64,000 bases of DNA from the NCBI GenBank assembly GCA_009602725.1, contig WELB01000021.1, forward strand, positions 940,634 to 1,004,633, written 5' to 3'. This stretch comes from Spirogloea muscicola. Its lineage: Eukaryota. Under the pieces are notes generated by a model. That model had not been told where the DNA came from, ran no database searches, and saw only the letters and a program-made list of their open reading frames with translations. The position numbers were made by a program, and so were the translations under genes. Below, in pieces: positions 63,321 to 64,000 of the stretch (its first letter is position 1; each line of letters opens with the position of its first letter).

Positions 63321-64000
63321 CTAGTGGTCGGTAATGGTTAGCTCTATGGTCCATCTTCTGAGCATTACCAGGTTCAGCCCCATGCTGCCTCCATCTCTAA
63401 GTCGCCACCACCAGTGCATGAATGCAAATCCTGCCCCGCCACTGCTAGTGCCCCATGATTTCTGGCCACTATGGATCTCAAAGCCGGTCAACATGCCTGC
63501 GGCAGATCTCAATGAAGAAGAGGCTGCATGACTGACGTGATTTGAAAACTGGCACAGCAGGATCACTCCAAGCGCACAATGGGATGCATGAGCTGCATAG
63601 GCAGGCCCTCGATGAGGTGCCGATGCATGTGAAGGTCCTTGACATGGGCATTGCTGCAGCAGTAGGAGCTGCATCAGTGACTGCAGCAGCCCGAAGAGAT
63701 GGTGAGTAGGTCTTGACCACTCTCTTGGCAGACTAAAGCTCTCTATTGAGTAATGTGAGGCTTGGATGGAGGATGCAGGCGTTGGCTGACTACCTTTGAT
63801 ACAAACGTTATGGTCCTTGAAGCTACTCAAAGACCCTGCATGCTTGACCATATCGCACTGAGATAGATGGATGGATTTTCAAATGCGACTTAGATCTACT
63901 TTGTCCTCCTTGCGAATATTAGAGGCCTTCTTGCTGGCACAAACTGATGAGCTCCAAACAGCTGCAAAATGAAACAGTCTTCATTACTTCCAGAGATGCA

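Overview
Eukaryotic, intron-containing DNA. NAC- and WRKY-domain genes plus TTTAGGG-like repeats point to a streptophyte (alga or plant); this is inferred, not shown. Two layers are interleaved. The first is a birth-and-death gene island: one WRKY gene with a variant WRKYGRK core; 7 clear and 1 faint highly divergent NAC-domain genes or pseudogenes, most with an N-terminal CxxC motif and most apparently preceded by a second, more decayed NAC-like domain; three copies of a coiled-coil + P-loop GTPase (IRG/IIGP-like spacing); a histidine-kinase fragment; and two unidentified multi-copy families. The second is dense nests of retroelements: many 5'-truncated RT + restriction-like-endonuclease (RLE) non-LTR elements from several families sharing an 'LLTRGY*' C-terminus, a 3' GGGCTG..CAGCCC hairpin and TTC-type tails; two solo LTRs with perfect 5-bp TSDs; a Copia gag with its PBS fused in frame to a non-LTR RT; and telomere-like insertions. 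Only the WRKY gene (5' part outside the window), the NAC at 35.2-36.8 kb and possibly the GTPase at 48.6-50.1 kb look potentially intact. All gene models and alignments were done by eye; pseudogene and TE-nest boundaries are approximate.
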